A stretch of DNA of 61,110 nt from Patescibacteria group bacterium (GTDB lineage: Bacteria > Patescibacteriota > Patescibacteriia > Patescibacteriales > UBA12465). The stretch is taken from contig JBMOHF010000006.1 of the NCBI GenBank assembly GCA_049317985.1, forward strand, positions 1-61,110, given 5' to 3'. The notes under the pieces were generated by a model that worked only from the letters and a program-made list of their open reading frames with translations, had not been told where the DNA came from and searched no databases. Shown here piece after piece: positions 36,637 to 45,375 of the stretch (position 1 is the stretch's first letter; every line of letters begins with the position of its first letter). A program made the translations under genes and the position numbers.

Positions 36637-37659
36637 TTATTTAAAAATAGGAATTTTTGCCAAAGCGGGCCTCCATGTTTTTTCATAGCTTAACGTTTTC
36701 CAGAAACCGCCCCAATTGCTTGGAAAAGTTTCTTTTTCTTCATGTGAGGTACTAACAAACCCAAAATTTTCCACGTATTCCGTTATTCTGATCCCCTGAG
36801 GTCTGTAACCCAGAGTAAAAGCGATCGGCATTATTTTTTTGGATTTCAACCTCTCCATCTCTGTAGACTCAGCTAGCGAACCCAAAAACATAATCTGCTC
36901 GCCACGCCATTCTCCGGGAATCAACTCTCGATTATTTAATAAGTGAAAAGCCAAATTAATATTAGCTGCTTTTTTTTCGCCAAAGACACTTTTAAACTTT
37001 TCTTCAGTGGTCCCACCGGTCCAATCAAGGAGACTTTCCGGATAATCTACCAATTCAAAATTATCGGAAATTTTTTCAGACAACATAATTACGTTTTCAT
37101 GCTGATGAAAAGATGAGAACCACTTATTCTTGTTAATAATATAATCGAAATGAACATCAGCTCCGATGATTGAAAGATTGTAATCTTTAACCATTTTTGC
37201 CGCTGGTGACCATTTTCTAATTAAATTGGAACCATCCTGAAAATTTGCATCCCAATAGTCTAAAAACAATCGAGAAAATATTTTACTCTCCGTTCCTTTC
37301 ATACATTTCAAAGTTACTTCCAAGAATACCTTTTCGATAAAAACTTCGAATTCTTGTTTAGTAGCTTTGAAATTTTCCAGCATATCCTCTAATTGATAAA
37401 TTTGATTATCACTGAAAGAATCAAATATTTTTTGTTCTCTAATATTGTTTGTGGGCCTTTGACCAAAAATACGATCGAACCAGAAGTAAAAATCTTTATT
37501 TGGCTGCCTAATAAAACCAAAAAGCATCTCTAAAATTTTCTTCTCCAGAAAAAACTCTCCCTCGTCTTGAGAGTAGCCGCAAGCAATGAGATTATTTTCC
37601 AACTTAACTTTCTGGTCTTTTGAAAAACCAGTAAATTTACAAAGCTTTGTTTCTGCCAT
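36637..37659 (-). CDS. Orphan hypothetical protein
   Basis: 340-aa ORF with AAAGGA SD, own promoter (TTGACA 37733-37728) and a terminator-like hairpin near 36602-36630. Confidence 0.7.
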   Translation of the reverse strand: MAETKLCKFTGFSKDQKVKLENNLIACGYSQDEGEFFLEKKILEMLFGFIRQPNKDFYFWFDRIFGQRPTNNIREQKIFDSFSDNQIYQLEDMLENFKATKQEFEVFIEKVFLEVTLKCMKGTESKIFSRLFLDYWDANFQDGSNLIRKWSPAAKMVKDYNLSIIGADVHFDYIINKNKWFSSFHQHENVIMLSEKISDNFELVDYPESLLDWTGGTTEEKFKSVFGEKKAANINLAFHLLNNRELIPGEWRGEQIMFLGSLAESTEMERLKSKKIMPIAFTLGYRPQGIRITEYVENFGFVSTSHEEKETFPSNWGGFWKTLSYEKTWRPALAKIPIFK

Positions 37660-37754
37660 TTTTATTCCTTTCTTTTTTAATGAATGTTTATCTAATTAAC
37701 AATGTTTTAGCACAAAGTTTCAACTTTTGTCAAAGATATCAAGCTTAAATTAAG

Positions 37755-37792
37755 AAAAAAGACCAGTTCCGTAAAAATGGAATAGGTCTTTT
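37755..37792 (-). terminator. Intrinsic terminator
   Basis: AAAAAAGACC.GTTCC...GGAATAGGTCTTTT. Confidence 0.7.
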
Positions 37793-37819
37793 AAAATATT
37801 TTTGGGTTTTGTTTTAGTA

Positions 37820-38698
37820 TTATTTACCAGCTAATTGAAAGTCGGTAAATTTTTTGTATTTTTCAACAAGTATGTTTTCCTCAAAATCAAAGTGTTCTGG
37901 GCGAGGAAATAGGTTTCTGTAAGTAATATAATTAGGTTTTTTTGGCTCTTTTTTAAATAAATCAATAACTCCCAAGAGATTTACTGATAAATTTATATAA
38001 TTTGCCGGTCCGTAAATTGATCCGTTTTTTTGATATTCCAGTGAAACAATTTCTCTTGAATAAAACTTTTTAAAGTCATACTTCACCAAACGAATTCCGG
38101 CGACAAATGATTGTAAATCCGGGAAATCTCTTGCTGGCTTGTTATAAATACTTCCTGAGAAAATGGGATTTATGGCAAGATCTTTTGTCTTGTTTATTGT
38201 GATTCCCTTTAATTCTAAGTTTATAGTTACCGTTACCGCACAATTATCATTTGAGATAGTGCTTTTGTAAGATCCCCTTACTTCTCTGAGTAAACCACTG
38301 GACTTTTTAAGGTCATAGTAGTTCATAAAGTATTCATAGCTTCCATTGATATTTTTGGTGGCTAGTGGCACCTCTTCAGAATTACCTTGAACAATAATTT
38401 TATGTTCAAAATAATTCATTTTTAGACCGAAGGTTGTGGTTTGATTTTTACCAACAGATGCTTTTCCGAAAACGCATCCTGAAAGCTCCAAATATGAAGC
38501 ATTATTACTAACCGTCTTTAATACATTAAGATTGTACCAAGAGCGATTATAACTAACATTTACTCCGCTTTGAAAACCACTGGTTTCGATTCCGATCTCC
38601 ACGTTTCTTGGTTTCAGTTGGTCACTTTTTCTTTGACCAAATGAATTTACTGCTATACAGAATATTCCTACTACTAGTAATACGACTATCTTTTTCAT
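37820..38698 (-). CDS. Secreted beta-strand-rich protein with a Bacteroidota-style signal peptide
   Basis: MKKIVVLLVVGIFCIAVNSFG|QR; perfect promoter TTGACA(38771-38766)-N17-TATAAT(38748-38743). Confidence 0.7.
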   Translation of the reverse strand: MKKIVVLLVVGIFCIAVNSFGQRKSDQLKPRNVEIGIETSGFQSGVNVSYNRSWYNLNVLKTVSNNASYLELSGCVFGKASVGKNQTTTFGLKMNYFEHKIIVQGNSEEVPLATKNINGSYEYFMNYYDLKKSSGLLREVRGSYKSTISNDNCAVTVTINLELKGITINKTKDLAINPIFSGSIYNKPARDFPDLQSFVAGIRLVKYDFKKFYSREIVSLEYQKNGSIYGPANYINLSVNLLGVIDLFKKEPKKPNYITYRNLFPRPEHFDFEENILVEKYKKFTDFQLAGK

Positions 38699-38786
38699 GA
38701 TTGCTGTTTTTTTCAATTTTTAATTAACATTTTGATAGTTATATTATAACATAAAATATACTTCTTGTCAACCATAGCACCCAAAC

Positions 38787-38820
38787 AAAAACACCCGCAA
38801 CGAAGCGAGTGTTATTTTTT
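38787..38820 (-). terminator. Terminator after ricT
   Basis: AAAAACACCCGC...GCGAGTGTT hairpin. Confidence 0.6.
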
Positions 38821-38835
38821 TGCTAATAATAGATG

Positions 38836-39651
38836 TTATTTCTTCTCTTCCTTTTTATTCTTGCGGTTTAAATCCACCTCAAGCACCGTGTCTCTTTCCC
38901 CCTTCTTCTCCGCAGGAAAACGGACGTCAACTGACTGCTTTAAAACATGATGGCCAACCACAATTCCTCGTCGGCCATCGACGTTGACTTTGGCACCATA
39001 GGCGGGCATTTTACCGCGAAGCTCTTTGTAGCCCTCGTATTCATAAGCGAGACAACACATCAGACGGCCACACATTCCGGAGATACGGTCACTGCCGCGA
39101 TGAACTACTTGTTGGACTTCGGCCATTTCAGAAGTGACGGAAGAAAATTCCTTTACCGAACCTTGGCAACAAAGTTTTTTGCCACAACCACCACAATCAC
39201 CAGTTAGTCGCGCTTCGTCACGAGCACCAATCTGAGTTAGACGAATATTGGCATTGAAGTGGGCAGTTAAATCTTTTACGAGTTCGCGGAAATCAACACG
39301 ACCATCCGCGATAAAAGCAAAATTCAGACGATTTCCTTCAAAAGAAAAATGAACGTCAACAAGTTTCATGTCTAGATTATGCCGTTCAGAAATTTCTCGA
39401 CAAACTTCCAGAGCCTCTCTTTTCTTTTTATCATCTGCTAGTCGGCTCAGTTCAGACTTTTCAGCGCGACGGACAATCTCTTTAATTTCCTCGCCCTTGC
39501 TAGCTTCCTTTGCAAAACCAACCACCTTGCCGATTTCCCTCCCTAGTTCCGTGGCAACCAAAACCATATCACCAATTTTCAAGGATTCTTCTTCGGTAGA
39601 AAATTGATAGATTTTGTCCCAAGAAACAAATTGGACTTCGGCAATTCGCAT
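38836..39651 (-). CDS. ricT: PSP1-domain protein RicT/YaaT
   Basis: ADGRVDFRELVKDL, RI.L.QIG.RDEA, G.CG..LCC, ISG.CGRLMCCL.YE. Confidence 0.9.
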   Translation of the reverse strand: MRIAEVQFVSWDKIYQFSTEEESLKIGDMVLVATELGREIGKVVGFAKEASKGEEIKEIVRRAEKSELSRLADDKKKREALEVCREISERHNLDMKLVDVHFSFEGNRLNFAFIADGRVDFRELVKDLTAHFNANIRLTQIGARDEARLTGDCGGCGKKLCCQGSVKEFSSVTSEMAEVQQVVHRGSDRISGMCGRLMCCLAYEYEGYKELRGKMPAYGAKVNVDGRRGIVVGHHVLKQSVDVRFPAEKKGERDTVLEVDLNRKNKKEEKK

Positions 39652-39654
39652 AGA

Positions 39655-40449
39655 TTAAAGGCTAAAACGAACAAAGGCCGACACAGTTGCGCCACCTAAA
39701 ATATCCTTCACCTTTTTCTTGTCGTCTTTAATAAATTCCTGTTCCATCAAGCAAACTTCAGAATAGTACTTGCTCATCTTCCCTTCTAAGATTTTTTCAA
39801 TCATCATTTCTGGTTTTCCTTCTTTAACTAATTGTTCGCGATAGATTTCCTTTTCCTTATCCATTTCAACAGAAGATACTTCTGCTGGCACTAAATATTT
39901 TGGATTTGCCGCAGCAACTTGCATGGCAATATCAACTGCTTCTTCATTTTTTCCAGCAGCGTCAATCGCAACTAAAACTCCGATACGACCACCAAGATGG
40001 GAATAACAAGCAACGGTAGCACCACTAAGAACTGCAACGTTTTTCACAGCTAATTTCTCACCGATGACTCCGCTGAGAGTGTTCAAAGTGTCATTAACGC
40101 TTAGACCGTTCATATCTAGGGCCAATAAGGCTTCGACATTAACTGGCTTGGCAGTTTTAACTAATTCTAAAGCACTAGCCACGAATTGTTGAAACTTGTC
40201 ACTGCGAGAAACGAAATCAGTTTCAGAGTTAACTTCAATTGCGTAACCTTCAGTTGCCTCGGCATTAACAGAAACCGCAACAACACCTTCACTAGTTTCG
40301 CGGTCAGCACGTTTTGCTGATTTGGCGATTCCTTTTTTTCTTAAGATTTCTACGGCGACATTCAAATCACCAGATGCTTCATCAAGAGCTTTCTTGCAGT
40401 CAACCATCCCGGCGCCAGTCATCTCACGTAATTGTTTTAGTAATTCCAT
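39655..40449 (-). CDS. tsf: Elongation factor Ts
   Basis: LRE.TGAGMVDCKKAL, EVNSETDFV. Confidence 0.98.
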   Translation of the reverse strand: MELLKQLREMTGAGMVDCKKALDEASGDLNVAVEILRKKGIAKSAKRADRETSEGVVAVSVNAEATEGYAIEVNSETDFVSRSDKFQQFVASALELVKTAKPVNVEALLALDMNGLSVNDTLNTLSGVIGEKLAVKNVAVLSGATVACYSHLGGRIGVLVAIDAAGKNEEAVDIAMQVAAANPKYLVPAEVSSVEMDKEKEIYREQLVKEGKPEMMIEKILEGKMSKYYSEVCLMEQEFIKDDKKKVKDILGGATVSAFVRFSL

Positions 40450-40479
40450 ATAATTAGGAAATTAAATTTTTAATAAAAA

Positions 40480-41163
40480 TTATTTGCGAGCGTCAAGGAT
40501 TGCGTCCTTGATTGTTTCTAAGAGTAATTTGATAGTCTTAGTGGAATCGTCGTTAGCAGGAATTGGGTAATTCACTAACTCAGGGTTAACATTGGTGTCG
40601 CAAATAGCGATGATTGGAATATTTTTTTTAATTGCTTCATTAACAGCAGTTTCTTCTTCTTTGATATCCCAAATGAACAAAGCATCCGGAAGTTTGTTTA
40701 AATTAACCAAACCAGAAACCCGAGCATCTAATTTTTTGATTTCACGATCGAAATCTAATTGTTCTTTTTTGGTGTATTTTTCTAATTTACCAGTCTTCTT
40801 TTTTTCGATTAAATCAACGTATTTTTTAACAGATTTTTTCACTACGATGAAGTTAGTTAAATAACCGCCCAACCATTTTCCAACGATATAAGGCATAGAA
40901 GCAACTTCGGCCATTTTTTTCATTGGCTCTTTAACCTGATTTTTTGTACCAACAAAAAGAATACTTTTTTCTTCCTTAACTAAAGTCTGAATGAATTCTA
41001 AAGCTTCTTTTAATTTATCCTGACTCTTGGAAAGATCGATAATGTAAATACCGTTCTTTTCACCAAAGATGAATTGCTTCATTTTTGGGTGCCAACGATT
41101 TGTGCGATGACCGAAGTGCATGCCTGCTTTCAGCATGTCTTCCATTTTTGGGATCTTAATCAT
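40480..41163 (-). CDS. rpsB: 30S ribosomal protein S2
   Basis: AGMHFGH...WHPKM, LFVGTK, WLGG.LTNF, DTN, IPANDD. Confidence 0.98.
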   Translation of the reverse strand: MIKIPKMEDMLKAGMHFGHRTNRWHPKMKQFIFGEKNGIYIIDLSKSQDKLKEALEFIQTLVKEEKSILFVGTKNQVKEPMKKMAEVASMPYIVGKWLGGYLTNFIVVKKSVKKYVDLIEKKKTGKLEKYTKKEQLDFDREIKKLDARVSGLVNLNKLPDALFIWDIKEEETAVNEAIKKNIPIIAICDTNVNPELVNYPIPANDDSTKTIKLLLETIKDAILDARK

Positions 41164-41349
41164 AATTTTTTTCTTTTTACCCTGGCGCTTTTGGCGCTCA
41201 AGCTTCTGCCTCCTTCCCGCCCAAAAAAATGGCCGGCAAGAAAATTTTGAGGCATGATAATTAATTAAATATTAGCTAAAAATATTAAAGGGCTTAGAAG
41301 TTTCTAAGCTCTTTTCCTATATAATACGGGAAAATAGCGGGTATGTCAA
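41164..41349 (-). promoter_or_regulatory. rpsB promoter and structured 5' leader (probable S2 autoregulatory RNA)
   Basis: TTGACA(41349-41344)-N17-TATTAT; stems at 41290-41311 and TGCCTC/GAGGCA (about 41207-41254). Confidence 0.55.
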
Positions 41350-41466
41350 CAGAAATATTGACATTTATTGATAAAAATGATATGATATAATTACCAAAAA
41401 ATTGGTATTATTTAACAACCAAAAACCAGATGAGCCTACTGGAAAAACAAAGTGGCAACATAAATT

Positions 41467-41826
41467 ATGGCAAGGAAATTAGTAATACATGTACGCAAAT
41501 ACAGGGATCGACTACATGACTATTCGCTTATGATTAGCAATAATGCTGGCTTAACCAATCATATTAGAATTGGGCTGGACATATCTTTATACAATAAGGA
41601 TGTCCACAAAAAAATTCTAGACACATTAAAAGATCAAATGACTACCGGTCGCGACACTTATTCTGGATTCAAAATAGAGTTTAATCAAGAAGTCTATATT
41701 TTTGGACTACTTGATTGTGAATCTTCTACCCAGCTCATAAAATACTCAATGATAAGCGCCCCAATTAGCGAGAAGGAAATCAATTATTTTCTGCAGATGG
41801 CTTACGAACTGGAAAGTACCAAATAA
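41467..41826 (+). CDS. Orphan hypothetical protein
   Basis: 119-aa ORF; promoter TTGACA(41358)-N17-TATGAT(41381); downstream terminator. Confidence 0.65.
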   Translation: MARKLVIHVRKYRDRLHDYSLMISNNAGLTNHIRIGLDISLYNKDVHKKILDTLKDQMTTGRDTYSGFKIEFNQEVYIFGLLDCESSTQLIKYSMISAPISEKEINYFLQMAYELESTK

Positions 41827-41830
41827 CGAT

Positions 41831-41858
41831 AAAACCCGCAAAGCAAGCGGGTTTTTTT
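41831..41858. terminator. Bidirectional terminator
   Basis: AAAACCCGC...GCGGGTTTTTTT. Confidence 0.8.
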
Positions 41859-41874
41859 ATTTTTATTTCAACTA

Positions 41875-42546
41875 TTAATCTTTAAGCGTTACAAACAAAT
41901 CTTCAAGTGGTGGTTTTCGTAAATGCCCAACACTATTAACAAAATTGATCTTCACTACCCCGTCCTTGTCGATCATTAATTTACTAATCGAGGATTGAAA
42001 AACTTCTAGTGACAAAAAACCAATCACGTCCGCGTCTAAAATACCGGTGAGAATTGCCTTAATTAAATTTCCATGAGAAAAAACCGCAATTGTCTTCCCC
42101 TTATTTTTTTTATAAATATCGGTCAGAGCAAGCCTCGCCGTGGTCTGTATTTCATCTAATTGCTTATCCATCTTTCGATAACCTTTAAGATGTTTATGGC
42201 GATTTTCTTCAGTGATATGAAAAAATTTTACTCGATGCCATTCCAGCCAATCAATTTCATTAAAACGAGGATCGATAATAACTCTCTTTTTTACTTGTTC
42301 AGCAAATAGAGCTCCAGTCTCCTTTGCTCTCTTAAAAGTACTGGAATAAACCCGATCGATATCGAGGGTTAATAATTTTTTAGTTAACGATTTTCTCTGC
42401 TTGAGTCCCACCTCAGAAAGAGGCATATTTTCTGAGCCAACTATCGTTTCGACTTTGTAGTCTGGATGACAATGGCGAACCAAATATATCGTTGTGTATG
42501 GCTCTCGATCTTTTTTTTCTAATTTTGATTTAAACTTAAATATCAT
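41875..42546 (-). CDS. Histidine phosphatase (phosphoglycerate mutase-like) family protein
   Basis: IYLVRHC, LS..G..Q, YSS...RA.ET, FSHG. Confidence 0.88.
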   Translation of the reverse strand: MIFKFKSKLEKKDREPYTTIYLVRHCHPDYKVETIVGSENMPLSEVGLKQRKSLTKKLLTLDIDRVYSSTFKRAKETGALFAEQVKKRVIIDPRFNEIDWLEWHRVKFFHITEENRHKHLKGYRKMDKQLDEIQTTARLALTDIYKKNKGKTIAVFSHGNLIKAILTGILDADVIGFLSLEVFQSSISKLMIDKDGVVKINFVNSVGHLRKPPLEDLFVTLKD

Positions 42547-42548
42547 AA

Positions 42549-43145
42549 TTAATCATTAAGGTTATTTTCGGCAAACTCCCAATTTAATAAATTATCGATA
42601 ATTGCTGAAGCAAAATCAGCGCGGCGGTTTTGATAATCCAAATAATACGCGTGCTCCCAGACATCAATTACTAGCAATGGTTTTACGTTATGTAAAAAAG
42701 CCGTGTCTGCATTGGCGGTTTTCAAAAAAACTAATTTTTCTCCGTCCTGGACTAACCAAGCCCAACCGCTGCCAAACTGAGTTAAAGCACAGTTTTTAAA
42801 TTCTTCTTTAAAATTATCAATCCCTCCGAAAGAATCATTAATCATTGATGATATTTTTTCTGGAATTTCTAATTTTTCCGCTACTGGCTTCAAACTTTGC
42901 CAAAAGAAATCGTGATTATAGATCTGGGCAGCGTTGTTGAAGATACCAGACTTTTCTGGTTTATCAGCGGTGGCTTTAATAATATCGACAATTGACCGGC
43001 CCTCAAACTCCATCCCGACAATTAATTTATTCAGATTATCGACATATGTTTGGTGATGTTTTCCGTAGTGAAACTCTAGGGTTTTTTCAGATATGACTGG
43101 TTCAAGAGATTTTTTTTCAAATGGCAATGAATTAAGAGTAAACAT
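42549..43145 (-). CDS. sodB: Superoxide dismutase (Fe-type)
   Basis: HYGKHH..YV, FNNAAQ..NH.FFW, QFGSGWAWL, DVWEHAYY. Confidence 0.93.
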   Translation of the reverse strand: MFTLNSLPFEKKSLEPVISEKTLEFHYGKHHQTYVDNLNKLIVGMEFEGRSIVDIIKATADKPEKSGIFNNAAQIYNHDFFWQSLKPVAEKLEIPEKISSMINDSFGGIDNFKEEFKNCALTQFGSGWAWLVQDGEKLVFLKTANADTAFLHNVKPLLVIDVWEHAYYLDYQNRRADFASAIIDNLLNWEFAENNLND

Positions 43146-43181
43146 ATTTTTATATTAATAATTTATAAACTAATTATTATT

Positions 43182-44192
43182 TTAACTCTTTTTTCTCTTT
43201 CCCGCCAACTGCCCACAAGCTGCGTCAATTTCCTGGCCAAGACTTTGGCGAGCAGTCACTGGCAAACCAGTTCTTTCTAGAATCTCCATGAAACGAGCCG
43301 CTCTTGCTGGAGAACTCGGTTGAAAACGACCGGTCTGATTATATGGAATCAGATTAAGAATATACAAAGGCTTGTTCAATAGCTTAGCAAGCATAATTGC
43401 ATCCTCATCACGATCATTCACTTCTTTAATTAAAAGATATTCAAACATCACGCGTCTGCCAGTTTTTTCGATATAATTATCAACGGCATCCAAGAGTTTT
43501 CTAATCGGTGTTTGCCCGGCGGCAGGCATAATATTTGAACGCAAAGGATCGCTTGGTGCATGAAGAGAAATAGCCAAATTAACTTGCAATTTTTCGCCAG
43601 ATAAGCGCTTAATGCCATTAATAATACCAGCGGTAGAAATTGAAATACGGCGTGCACCAAAGTTAAAAGTTTCCGGGTCATTTAAAAATTTAATTGCCTT
43701 CATCACTTCTTCGTAATTCAAGAATGGCTCCCCTTGACCCATAAAAACTGCGTTATCAATTCGACCAAAATTTTGCTTCTTTAAATATCGCGCCCAAAAT
43801 AAAAATTGCTCAACAATTTCCTCCGCTTTAAGATTACGGGTAAAACCCTGCATCCCCGTTGCACAAAAAACACAGGCGAGAGGACAACCAACTTGCGAAG
43901 AAAGACAAACGGAGAATCGTCCATCAGCCGCCGGAATTAATACAGTTTCAATTTGTTCAAAATCAGAAAGAGTAATCAAGGCTTTGACAACACTATTTTT
44001 TTGAGTACCACCGGTTATTTCTGCTTTTATCTCCAAGGGACACTCTTTTTCTAATTTTTCTCGTAGAGGAATCGAAAAAGTTGTAGCTTGTGACCAGTCA
44101 TCAATCAAATCAACAAATACCGCCTTGTCAGCTTGAGTATGTCGAAATTTTTTCTCTTCTTTGAGAGCACTATGTAATAATGAAATATCCAT
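43182..44192 (-). CDS. rlmN: Radical SAM rRNA/tRNA m2A methyltransferase RlmN
   Basis: CLSSQVGC..AC.FCATG, FMG.GEP, ISLHAP, NLIPYN, IDAACGQL. Confidence 0.93.
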   Translation of the reverse strand: MDISLLHSALKEEKKFRHTQADKAVFVDLIDDWSQATTFSIPLREKLEKECPLEIKAEITGGTQKNSVVKALITLSDFEQIETVLIPAADGRFSVCLSSQVGCPLACVFCATGMQGFTRNLKAEEIVEQFLFWARYLKKQNFGRIDNAVFMGQGEPFLNYEEVMKAIKFLNDPETFNFGARRISISTAGIINGIKRLSGEKLQVNLAISLHAPSDPLRSNIMPAAGQTPIRKLLDAVDNYIEKTGRRVMFEYLLIKEVNDRDEDAIMLAKLLNKPLYILNLIPYNQTGRFQPSSPARAARFMEILERTGLPVTARQSLGQEIDAACGQLAGKRKKS

Positions 44193-44226
44193 AAATTTAT
44201 CAAAAGCCCGTTTCAACGGGCCTTTG

Positions 44227-45357
44227 TTATTTTCTTAAAAGGGTGATCACCACAATTTCACTGCGGCTTAAGGTCCGGCAAGGAGGTCCCCAGGTGCCGG
44301 CACCAGTTGAAATAAAAGCAGTTAATTGTTTAAATTTTTTTAATCCAAATGAATACCTGTGATAGACTAGATAAGCGAGCAAATTAAAGGGAAACATTTG
44401 GCCACGATGAGTATGACCCGCTAAATAAATATTCACCCCAGTTTCAGCAACCTGTTCGAATTGAATCGGTTCATGGAACATTAGAATGCTTGGTTTTTTT
44501 GAGTCAAAATTTTCTAAAGATTTTAATTTACCCGCTAAATCGAGATGGTGAGTCCCCTCCTCCGGATAACCAACGCCCAGAATTTGCAACCCCTTTATCT
44601 CCACTAAACGATCATCTAAAACTTCTATCCCACTTCCCGCTAAATGACCAACGACCTCGGCCCTCCCAAGATAATTTTCATGATTACCAAAAATAAGATA
44701 TACCCCTAGCGGCGCATGAAGTTCAAGCAGCTTTTTACCAGCTTCCGAAAAATCTCCATCCGTACCATCAAACAAATCGCCGGTGATCAAAACCATTTCC
44801 GGCTCGACTTTTCCAACTAATCTAGCGATTTTAGACAAAAAACCGTGACGATAAACTGCACCGAGATGAACATCGGATAATTGAACTATCTTTTTATTAA
44901 CCCAAAAATCCGGAAGATTTTCAATTTCTGCGATGATGTTTTTTAGGTGGGGCGAGAAGGCATTGCGAAAACCAATTGCCGATAAAATGACGGTTAAAAA
45001 GAGAAAAAACCAAGCAAACGAAGATGGATCAACTAACCATTGAAACGCAAAAATGAAGCGGAAGATAACCAAAAGGGTGTAAATCAAAAATGCTTGCCAA
45101 GCGAAGGCCAGCCAGGCGGCAACCACAAAATAGTAAGCGCTAGTATATTTGTTATCGAAACGACTAACCAGAAATTGCGTCAAAAAAATACTTCCAAAAG
45201 AAAAGCCAAGGGCAACAAAAACAATAACATAAGGAAAGTTAGGCAAAAATGAAAGGACGTCACACAAAATTAAATACAACAAAATATGAGCCGAAATTAC
45301 TAAAAATACCGAGGAAGATAAAATGAGAACAAACTTATTGGCAATTTTTTTTACCAT
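44227..45357 (-). CDS. Membrane-anchored metallophosphoesterase (YkuE-like)
   Basis: Four TM segments, then SDVHLG, TGDLFD, GNHE, HEP, AGHTHRGQ. Confidence 0.9.
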   Translation of the reverse strand: MVKKIANKFVLILSSSVFLVISAHILLYLILCDVLSFLPNFPYVIVFVALGFSFGSIFLTQFLVSRFDNKYTSAYYFVVAAWLAFAWQAFLIYTLLVIFRFIFAFQWLVDPSSFAWFFLFLTVILSAIGFRNAFSPHLKNIIAEIENLPDFWVNKKIVQLSDVHLGAVYRHGFLSKIARLVGKVEPEMVLITGDLFDGTDGDFSEAGKKLLELHAPLGVYLIFGNHENYLGRAEVVGHLAGSGIEVLDDRLVEIKGLQILGVGYPEEGTHHLDLAGKLKSLENFDSKKPSILMFHEPIQFEQVAETGVNIYLAGHTHRGQMFPFNLLAYLVYHRYSFGLKKFKQLTAFISTGAGTWGPPCRTLSRSEIVVITLLRK

Positions 45358-45375
45358 TTTGATTAACAATTACCC

